This document shows positions 47,535 to 55,116 of a stretch of DNA of 58,134 bases, in pieces. Position 1 is the first letter of the stretch; each line of letters starts with the position of its first letter. Both the position numbers and the translations under genes were made by a program. The DNA is from Paracoccaceae bacterium (GTDB lineage Bacteria; Pseudomonadota; Alphaproteobacteria; Rhodobacterales; Rhodobacteraceae), in assembly GCA_039767595.1 (NCBI GenBank), contig JBDNBY010000080.1, positions 1 to 58,134 of the forward strand. Reading direction: 5' to 3'. Below the pieces are notes generated by a model, which made no database searches, was not told the origin of the DNA, and was given only the letters and a program-made list of their open reading frames with translations.

Positions 47535-48550
47535 ACGACCCGCACTCTGAGCATAAGTCGCGCATCGCGCCATTGCGCCGCGCCCTTTATAATTTTGAGG
47601 GCGCGCAAGTTGCGCTTGCGCTCAGAGATCTCTTTGCACCTGATGCCCAATGCCACATCTGCCATCCCTTTGGCACGATTGAGGGGCCTGAGGCGCTTTA
47701 TGATATGCTCTATGCTCCGTTGTGCGCGGCGCTCCCTGATCTAGAGTTTCGCGACGCCATTGTCATGGCGGGCCTTGATGATCATGGGCATCACTGGGTC
47801 GGGTGCAGCGGTCATATCATGGGCACCTTCAGCGCGCCTTGGCTCGATATTCCTGCAACGGGGCATGTGATCCACATGCGCTATCACGAGTTTTACCGAT
47901 TTAAAGAGGGTCGCGTCGTCGAAGTCCAAGCGATTTGGGACATTCCAGAACTCATGATGCAAGCCCGCGCATGGCCCATGGTGCCGTCCCTTGGGCGCGA
48001 GATGTGCGTGCCCTGCCCTGCGCCGCAAAATGGCCATGTGCCCCCGCCATGGGATGCCGAGCACGCTGAGGCCAGCAAGCGCCATATCACCGCGATGTTG
48101 CATCACATGATTAAATTTCCCGGCCAAGGCGGCCCAGAGGTGATGGAAATGCCGCGATTTTGGCATCCTAAAATGAATTGGTACGGGCCCGCAGGCATTG
48201 GCACCGCGCGCGGCATTTCTGGATTTCGAAAATGGCATCAAACTCCGTTTCTCAATGCAATGCCCGATCGCGGGCAGTTCAATGATCAAATCACCTTTCA
48301 TTTCTTTGGAGATGGGGATTTCGCCGCCGTCACCGGATGGCCCAATATGATCCAAACGATCACTGGGGATGGGTGGCTTGGCATTGCGCCGGCAGGACAA
48401 AGTATATCTTTGCGCAGTTTAGATTTTTGGCGCCTTGAAGAGGGCCTCATTCGGGAAAACTGGGTTTTGATCGATTTGCTCGATATCTATAGCCAAGTCG
48501 GGATTGATGTCTTGGCACGCATGCGCGCACTCACCGCGGCAGGGGTGTAA
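47531..48550 (+). CDS. double SnoaL/NTF2-like protein, paralog 2
   Basis: 339 aa, collinear with the 39575-40579 product (HPF..G.F.APWL.I..TG..., then W..M.WYGPAGIG ... GWPN ... ENWVLIDLL). Confidence 0.7.
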   Translation: MNDPHSEHKSRIAPLRRALYNFEGAQVALALRDLFAPDAQCHICHPFGTIEGPEALYDMLYAPLCAALPDLEFRDAIVMAGLDDHGHHWVGCSGHIMGTFSAPWLDIPATGHVIHMRYHEFYRFKEGRVVEVQAIWDIPELMMQARAWPMVPSLGREMCVPCPAPQNGHVPPPWDAEHAEASKRHITAMLHHMIKFPGQGGPEVMEMPRFWHPKMNWYGPAGIGTARGISGFRKWHQTPFLNAMPDRGQFNDQITFHFFGDGDFAAVTGWPNMIQTITGDGWLGIAPAGQSISLRSLDFWRLEEGLIRENWVLIDLLDIYSQVGIDVLARMRALTAAGV

Positions 48551-48556
48551 CGATCG

Positions 48557-49579
48557 ATGGGCACAGTGCACTCCACAAAAATCACATCGTCCCAAGTGGC
48601 CCAGCGCGCCGGCGTCAGCCAATCGGCCGTCAGCCGCGTCTTTACCCCGGGGGCGTCCGTATCGCATAAAACCAAGGAAAAAGTCCTCGAAGCGGCCAAA
48701 GACCTCGGCTATCGCCCCAACTCTTTGGCGCGGGCGATGGTGTCGGGGCGCTCGATGATCATTGGGCTGGTCGTGGCCTATTTCGACAATCAATTCTATC
48801 CCGAGGCCCTTGAAAAGCTATCAAATTCGTTACAGGCTAAAGGCTATCACGTGCTCATCTTTACCGCGGCGCGCACGGCGGCGGACACGTTGGATCAAGT
48901 GATCGACGAAATCTTGGATTACCAAGTGGATGGCATCATCGCCGCCTCCGTGGCCCTGTCGTCAGATCTGTCCGAACGGTGCCGCGCGGCCAATATTCCG
49001 ATTGTGTTTTTCAACCGCTCGCAAGACGGGCATGATATCTCCGCCGTCACGTCGGACAACTATGCCGGCGGCTCAAAAGTGGCCGCCCATTTGATCGCAT
49101 GCGGTCATAGATCCATCGGCTATATCGCCGGTTGGGAAGGCGCCTCTACTCAGCGAGATCGCGAAGCAGGGTTTATCGCAGGGCTGCAGGCCCATGGTCT
49201 GAGCCTGTATAAACGTGAGGTTGGCAATTTTCGCATGGATCAAGCGCGCGATGCGACGCTACGCATGTTTGCCACTGCGCCGCCCACTGCCGTCTTTGTC
49301 GCCAATGATCACATGGCCTTGGCGGTGATGGACTGTTTGCGCTATGATCTTGGGCTGCGCATTCCCAAGGATGTGGCCGTCGTCGGTTACGATGATGTGC
49401 CGGCCGCGGCATGGCCGTCGTATAACCTCACGACCGTGCGGCAACCGGCCAACCGCATGGTGGCTGCGGCCATCGACACGCTGTTGGCAAAGATCGACAA
49501 CCAAGACATCGCCCCCCAACATATACAAATCGACGGTCCTTTGGTGATCCGTCGGTCCACTCAATGTGACGAAGGATAG
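48557..49579 (+). CDS. LacI-family transcriptional regulator
   Basis: 340-aa ORF. The N-terminal HTH (ITSSQVAQRAGVSQSAVSRVF) is followed by a periplasmic-binding-protein-like effector domain. Confidence 0.9.
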   Translation: MGTVHSTKITSSQVAQRAGVSQSAVSRVFTPGASVSHKTKEKVLEAAKDLGYRPNSLARAMVSGRSMIIGLVVAYFDNQFYPEALEKLSNSLQAKGYHVLIFTAARTAADTLDQVIDEILDYQVDGIIAASVALSSDLSERCRAANIPIVFFNRSQDGHDISAVTSDNYAGGSKVAAHLIACGHRSIGYIAGWEGASTQRDREAGFIAGLQAHGLSLYKREVGNFRMDQARDATLRMFATAPPTAVFVANDHMALAVMDCLRYDLGLRIPKDVAVVGYDDVPAAAWPSYNLTTVRQPANRMVAAAIDTLLAKIDNQDIAPQHIQIDGPLVIRRSTQCDEG

Positions 49580-49583
49580 CGCC

Positions 49584-50573
49584 ATGAAAGGGTTTGACCC
49601 AAAGTTTACGGATTTCCCCGACTACATCATCGGCATCACCAAAGAAATTTGGGAAGATCGCGGCATAGCCACGCTTCATCATTATTATGCGCCCGATATT
49701 ATCGTCCGCTCACCCAGCAGTATCGTGCAGGGCAACCAAGGTGTGATTGCCGCGACAATGGCCACTTTGGCCGAGTTCCCCGACCGGACACTCCTCGGCG
49801 AGGATGTGATTTGGAACGGCACGCCAGAGACCGGCATGCTCTCGTCCCATCGCCTGCATTCGACGGCGACCCATGCCAATTCTGGCGTGTATGGTGCGGC
49901 GACGGGCAAACAGCTGCGCTATCGGATTATCGCAGATTGCCACGCCCGCGATAATCAAATCGATGACGAATGGCTGATCCGCGATCAAGGGGCGATTGTG
50001 CGCCAATTGGGCTGGACCCCGCGCGAGTTTGCCCGCGACTTAATTCAGCGCGAAGGCGGCCCAGATCACTGCGCCCATCCCTTTAACCCCAAAGATGATC
50101 TCCAAGGCCCCTATACGGGCACAGGCAATGATAACGAATGGGGCGCGCGCTATGCCGACATCCTCAATCAAATCATGAAGGCAGACTTCTCGGTTATTCC
50201 AAATGCATATGATCGGGCCGCCAATCTGGCTTATGCTGGGGGTATTGAGGCTCTTTCCCATGAGGGGGCTGATCAATTCTGGATGGGCCTGCGCGCCTCG
50301 TTCCCCAATGCGCGCTTTACCATTCACCATCAGATCGGCCGCTCGGATCCCATGATGCCGCCCCGCGCCGCCCTGCGTTGGAGCCTGACCGGCCTTCATG
50401 ATGGTTGGGGCAGCTTTGGCGCCCCCACGGGCGCGCCCGTGCATATCATGGGCGCCTCACATGCCGAATTTGGCGCCGTGATCAGCGGACAGCCTAAACT
50501 GCGCCGTGAATGGGCGCTCTTTGATGAAACAGCCGTTTGGAAACAGATTTTATTACACACAGGTGAGCTATGA
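49584..50573 (+). CDS. double SnoaL/NTF2-like protein, divergent paralog 3
   Basis: About 329 aa from the ATG at 49584 (GAAGGA RBS). It has two ester-cyclase-like halves (LAEFPDR .. G.YG.ATGK; LRASFPNA .. GWGSFGAPTGAPV). Confidence 0.65.
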   Translation: MKGFDPKFTDFPDYIIGITKEIWEDRGIATLHHYYAPDIIVRSPSSIVQGNQGVIAATMATLAEFPDRTLLGEDVIWNGTPETGMLSSHRLHSTATHANSGVYGAATGKQLRYRIIADCHARDNQIDDEWLIRDQGAIVRQLGWTPREFARDLIQREGGPDHCAHPFNPKDDLQGPYTGTGNDNEWGARYADILNQIMKADFSVIPNAYDRAANLAYAGGIEALSHEGADQFWMGLRASFPNARFTIHHQIGRSDPMMPPRAALRWSLTGLHDGWGSFGAPTGAPVHIMGASHAEFGAVISGQPKLRREWALFDETAVWKQILLHTGEL

Positions 50574-51535
50574 CCCCAGATGATATGACCCCGCGAATTG
50601 TCCGCTATGGCGATCTCAAGCCGTGCAAAACTGCGTTTATCGATGCGCATACACCAGGCAGTGATCAAAAAGAGAATTTCACAATCATTGGCGGCGGCGT
50701 CTCAGAGAGCCCTGACCAACATGTCCATATCACCATCCCGCACGGCTTTAACATCGGCGCGGCGGGTCAGCCCCCCAAATGCCGCAATTCGCTGCATTCG
50801 CACCGAACGGCCGAAGTGTTCTTTGTCCTGTCGGGGCGCTGGCGCTTTTTCTGGGGGCAATATGGGGACGCAGGTGAAGTCGTTCTAGACGAGGGCGACA
50901 TTATCAACATCCCCACTGGCATGTTCCGCGGCTTTGAAAATATTGGCCAAGACTACGGAATGATCATGGCAATCTTGGGCGGGGACGATGCGGGCGGCGG
51001 TGTGATTTGGGCCCCTCAAGTGATCAAAGACGCATCCGACCATGGCCTTATCCTTGGGGAAAATGGCGTGCTATACGATAGCAAACAGGGCCAGTCCCTG
51101 CCCGTAGGTGTTCGTCCGATGCCAATCATGTCTAACGAAGAGGCCGCAGACTACCCAACGCCCAGCGCCATGCAAGTCGTGGGCGGCTATGTGCGGCGCT
51201 ATTGGGATCTTGTGGCGATCTCGGACAAAAAACCGATCAAAGTCATCGGCGAACGCGGCGTGATCCGTGACAAACCGGGGTTTGAAGTGGATTTCGTCTC
51301 GCGCAAGAGCGCCAGCTCAACGATGCACGCCCATGATCGACCCAGTGTCCTGATGCCTGTCAAAGGACATTGGCGCGTCACATGGGAGGGGGGCGAGACA
51401 ACATTGGCCCCGGGCGACACGATGTCCGTGCCCGAACACCTCATGCATTGCGCTGTGCCCTCAATGACTGGCGAGGCCGCGCTCTATCACGTCATCGCCA
51501 CGGACGATCCCGCCGGCGAGACTTGGAAAGGATAA
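50570..51535 (+). CDS. bicupin protein
   Basis: 321 aa with two cupin barrels. N-barrel: HSHRTAEVFFVLSG, then GDIINIPTGMFRGFEN. C-barrel: HAHDRPSVLMPVKG, then GDTMSVPEHLMH. Confidence 0.7.
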   Translation: MTPDDMTPRIVRYGDLKPCKTAFIDAHTPGSDQKENFTIIGGGVSESPDQHVHITIPHGFNIGAAGQPPKCRNSLHSHRTAEVFFVLSGRWRFFWGQYGDAGEVVLDEGDIINIPTGMFRGFENIGQDYGMIMAILGGDDAGGGVIWAPQVIKDASDHGLILGENGVLYDSKQGQSLPVGVRPMPIMSNEEAADYPTPSAMQVVGGYVRRYWDLVAISDKKPIKVIGERGVIRDKPGFEVDFVSRKSASSTMHAHDRPSVLMPVKGHWRVTWEGGETTLAPGDTMSVPEHLMHCAVPSMTGEAALYHVIATDDPAGETWKG

Positions 51536-51538
51536 ATT

Positions 51539-52660
51539 ATGACGATTAAAACAACTCATGTCGGATCGCTCCCACGCACCCAGGATGTGGTGGATTTCAT
51601 TTTCGCGCGCGAACAGGGCCAAGACTATGACCAAGCGGCATTTGATGCCGCCATGACCCGCGCGGTCAGTGAAACGGTCAAAAAACAAGTGGACGCCGGC
51701 GTAGATATCGTTAGCGATGGCGAGACCTCTAAAATCAGCTACGCCACTTATGTCAAAGATCGCTACACGGGGTTTGGCGGCGACAGCCCGCGCAATGCCC
51801 CCGCTGATCTCAAGCAATTTCCGACCTTTCTCAAACGCTTGGCCGAAGATGGGGGCACGCCGAAATATGCCCGCCCCATGTGCGTCGGTGAAGTGAAATC
51901 CAAAGGACAGGGCGAGTTAGAAAAAGACATCAACAATCTAAAATCCGCGATGGCCGAACATGGCGCGCAGCGCGGCTTTATGAATGCCGCCTCTCCGGGT
52001 GTGATATCGCTATTTTTACAAAATGATTTCTATCCTACGCGCGAGGCCTATCTCGCGGCGCTCGCCGATGCGATGAAGGCAGAGTATGAGACGATCATTG
52101 CAGCTGGCCTCGATGTGCAACTCGATTGCCCTGACCTCGCGCTCTCGCGGCACATGCTGTTTAACGATTTGTCGGACGAAGAGTTTATCAAAATCGCCAA
52201 TTCCCATGTCGAGGCTCTCAATCATGCCCTCAGCGATGTGCCTGCGGACAGAGTGCGCGTGCACATCTGCTGGGGCAATTATGAAGGGCCGCATGTGTGC
52301 GATATTCCCATGGCGAAAATGTTTGATACGCTCATGGCGACCAAATCGCGCTATGTTCTATTTGAGACCTCTAATCCTCGCCATGGCCATGAATGGGCCG
52401 TGTTCCGCGATCGCAAAGCGGATATCCCGGAGGACAAAGTTTTGGTGCCCGGCGTTGTGGATACAACGACCAATTTCGTCGAACATCCCGACCTTGTGGC
52501 GCAGCGCCTTGAGCGGTTTGTTGATATCGTCGGGGCGCAGCGTGTGATCGCCGGATCAGATTGCGGCTTTGGCACGTTTGCGGGCTTTGGTACAGTGGAT
52601 CCTGAAATCGCCTATGCCAAGCTGAGCGCCCTAAGCGCAGGGGCGCGGCAACTCTCGTGA
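51539..52660 (+). CDS. cobalamin-independent methionine synthase (MetE C-terminal domain)-like Zn protein
   Basis: 373-aa ORF with a Meth_synt_2-like N-terminus (TTHVGSLPR). Putative Zn-ligand contexts are VHICWGN and AGSDCGFG. Confidence 0.8.
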   Translation: MTIKTTHVGSLPRTQDVVDFIFAREQGQDYDQAAFDAAMTRAVSETVKKQVDAGVDIVSDGETSKISYATYVKDRYTGFGGDSPRNAPADLKQFPTFLKRLAEDGGTPKYARPMCVGEVKSKGQGELEKDINNLKSAMAEHGAQRGFMNAASPGVISLFLQNDFYPTREAYLAALADAMKAEYETIIAAGLDVQLDCPDLALSRHMLFNDLSDEEFIKIANSHVEALNHALSDVPADRVRVHICWGNYEGPHVCDIPMAKMFDTLMATKSRYVLFETSNPRHGHEWAVFRDRKADIPEDKVLVPGVVDTTTNFVEHPDLVAQRLERFVDIVGAQRVIAGSDCGFGTFAGFGTVDPEIAYAKLSALSAGARQLS

Positions 52661-53397
52661 CGCCCACTCTGCATGCAACACCGACAACTCTTGTGTTCCT
52701 GCCTGGGATGATGTGCGATGAACGCTTGTTTGCCGCGCAGATCACCGCCCTTGGGGATCAGTTTGTGACCAAGACCGCTGACTTTGGCTCCGCTGGCACA
52801 ATTGCGGATATGGCGCGCGCAGCGCTGGCGCTGTGCGAGGGGCCCATCATTCCGGTTGGCCTCTCGATGGGCGGCATTGTTGCCATCGAGATCGCCGTGC
52901 AGGCCCCAAAACGGGTCCAAAAACTCGCCTTGATGGATACAAATGCCCGCGCCGAAAAAACCCATATCGCCGCGCGGCGCGATCCACAAATCGCAGCGGC
53001 CCGCGCAGGGCAATTGGCCCGCGTGATGCGCGACGAGCTAAAGCCCAATTACCTCGCAGATACCCCAAATCGAGGCGCAATTCTCGATCTGTGCATGGAT
53101 ATGGCGATGGATTTGGGGGCCGAGGTATTTGTGCGCCAATCAAACGCCTTGCGCAGCCGCCCCGATTATGTGGAACGGTTGGGTCAGATCACCGTGCCGA
53201 CGATGGTGCTATATGGGCAATATGATCGTTTGTGTCCAGCCAAAAATCATCATGATATCGCCGCCGCCGTGCCAAACAGCACGCTGATCGAAATCCCAAA
53301 TGCGGGGCATTTACCGACGCTGGAAACCCCCGATACAGTCACCGACCACCTCAAGAGATTTGTCATGCAGGAGAATGCCCATGTCCCGTCACGCTAA
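52657..53397 (+). CDS. alpha/beta hydrolase
   Basis: 246-aa ORF with a GTG start overlapping the previous stop (GTGA). The nucleophile elbow GLSMGG and the NAGHLP histidine motif are present. Confidence 0.8.
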   Translation: MTPTLHATPTTLVFLPGMMCDERLFAAQITALGDQFVTKTADFGSAGTIADMARAALALCEGPIIPVGLSMGGIVAIEIAVQAPKRVQKLALMDTNARAEKTHIAARRDPQIAAARAGQLARVMRDELKPNYLADTPNRGAILDLCMDMAMDLGAEVFVRQSNALRSRPDYVERLGQITVPTMVLYGQYDRLCPAKNHHDIAAAVPNSTLIEIPNAGHLPTLETPDTVTDHLKRFVMQENAHVPSR

Positions 53398-54148
53398 TTT
53401 CAAACAGCGCCTTTTGAACCGCGATGCGATGAGCGGCACGTTTTTAAAAACGCCGCATTATGTCTTGGTCGAAGTGCTGGCGCAGTCTGGCCTTGATTTC
53501 ATTTGCCTTGATGCCGAGCATGCTCCGTTTGATCGGGCGGCCATCGATCAATGCTGTGCGATAGCGCGCGCTTTGGATTTCCCCCTGCTAGTGCGCGTCG
53601 CGGGGCCCGAGGCCAAAGAAATCCTCAGCGCAATGGATTGCGGCGCCGTCGGCGTTGTCATTCCTCATGTCGATAGCGTCGAGACGGCCCAAGCGATGGC
53701 GCAGGGGGCGCGCTTTGGCCTAGGCGGGCGCGGCTATGCCGGATCCTCGCGATGGGCTGGCTATGCCACCCGTCCGATGAACGAGGTGATGGATCAATCG
53801 CGCGATGAAACCGTCGTCATTGCCCAGATCGAAGAGCCCTATGCCGTGCCCTTGGCGGATCAAATTGCCGCGATCGACGGGATTGATGCCCTCTTTGCGG
53901 GGCCGGCGGATTTATCTGTGGGCATGGGGTATCGTGATCAATCATCGGATGATCTCAAACAGGCGCTCGCGCATGTGGGCGCGGCGGCGCAAGCGGCTGG
54001 AAAAACCTATGCCAGCTGGGTTGCCACCACACAGGCGATGAGCGATTGGCACGAAAAATATGGGGTCAATATGTTCTTTGTCTCGTCCGAACATGCATGG
54101 ATGCGCAGCGCTGCCAAAGAGATCGCGCAAACGGCTCAGGCGCTTTAG
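53381..54148 (+). CDS. HpcH/HpaI-family 2-keto-3-deoxy/4-hydroxy-2-oxoacid aldolase
   Basis: About 255 aa from the ATG at 53381 (GGAGA RBS). The motifs are LDAEHAP, IAQIEEP and FAGPADLS. Confidence 0.85.
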   Translation: MSRHANFKQRLLNRDAMSGTFLKTPHYVLVEVLAQSGLDFICLDAEHAPFDRAAIDQCCAIARALDFPLLVRVAGPEAKEILSAMDCGAVGVVIPHVDSVETAQAMAQGARFGLGGRGYAGSSRWAGYATRPMNEVMDQSRDETVVIAQIEEPYAVPLADQIAAIDGIDALFAGPADLSVGMGYRDQSSDDLKQALAHVGAAAQAAGKTYASWVATTQAMSDWHEKYGVNMFFVSSEHAWMRSAAKEIAQTAQAL

Positions 54149-55008
54149 CGGCTGTGCTGAATGTGATCGCAGAGTTCTTGATAGGCCTGCATGATATAGT
54201 CGTGGTTCGTACTGTGCCGGCGCGCATAGAAATACACTGTGCGCGTGGCCGCGAGGCCCGCGACATCCCGAAACATTACATCCGCATAGGCCGCCTCAAG
54301 GATCGTGCGCGGTAAAATGCTCACCCACGGCCCCGCCGCCACCATCGACAAAAGCGTGAAACTATTGTGCACAAACAAAGGCACCTGCGCCGGTGCCAAA
54401 TCAATACGCCCCTGCGCAACGGGGTTATGCACATACTGCGCGTGCAGCACGTCTGAGATCGTAACCTGTGCCTGTTGCGCGAGGGTATGATCCACGCGGC
54501 AGATCAGCCCAAGATCATCATGCGTGACGTGATACCGCTCCACCCCATCAATATCAGCCTCAAGCGCCGAGATCCCAAAATCAATTTGACCGCGCAGCAA
54601 CCAATCGAGGACTTGGCGACTATCGCTATCGCGCAGATCCACTTGGGTATGCGGGAAATGCTGCTGCATACGGTGTAGCACTTGCGGAAAATACCCCCCC
54701 GATACCGAAGGAATGGCCGCCCCGCGCACGGTGCCCGCAGGGTTTTGCGCCAACGTGCTCAACGAGGAAATCGTCGCATCAAAATGCGCAACCTCTTGTT
54801 TTGCCAAGTCAAACACCCTCTCACCAAACTCTGACAGGCGGCTTTTGCGATCGGTTTGAAACAAGGCGCTGCCCAGCTCTTCTTCAAGCTGCTTAAGGGT
54901 CATTGACAGCGCAGATTGCGACCGGCCCATGCTCTGAGCCGCCTCAGCCAGATTGCCACTGCGCGCCACGGCGCAAAAGGTTTTGAGCATTTCCAGTTTA
55001 ATCGCCAC
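54145..55008 (-). CDS. LysR-family transcriptional regulator
   Basis: 287-aa ORF with a GTG start, an N-terminal wHTH (LKTFCAVARSGNLAEAAQSMGRSQSALSMTLKQLE) and a LysR substrate-binding domain. Confidence 0.9.
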   Translation of the reverse strand: MAIKLEMLKTFCAVARSGNLAEAAQSMGRSQSALSMTLKQLEEELGSALFQTDRKSRLSEFGERVFDLAKQEVAHFDATISSLSTLAQNPAGTVRGAAIPSVSGGYFPQVLHRMQQHFPHTQVDLRDSDSRQVLDWLLRGQIDFGISALEADIDGVERYHVTHDDLGLICRVDHTLAQQAQVTISDVLHAQYVHNPVAQGRIDLAPAQVPLFVHNSFTLLSMVAAGPWVSILPRTILEAAYADVMFRDVAGLAATRTVYFYARRHSTNHDYIMQAYQELCDHIQHSR

Positions 55009-55023
55009 GTGCCAACCCTATAT

Positions 55024-55038
55024 TTCAGAAAATCTGAA
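55024..55038. promoter_or_regulatory. LysR-type T-N11-A box TTCAG-N5-CTGAA
   Basis: A perfect 5-bp inverted repeat lies in the 108-bp LysR/ALDH divergent region. A third TTCAG half-site is at 55044-55048. Confidence 0.5.
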
Positions 55039-55116
55039 TTTACCTTCAGTAATTTGAGTTTGACACAAATGGACCCTTTAGGCCAGATGGCATTCAAGAA
55101 CAGAAAGTAGGATAGA

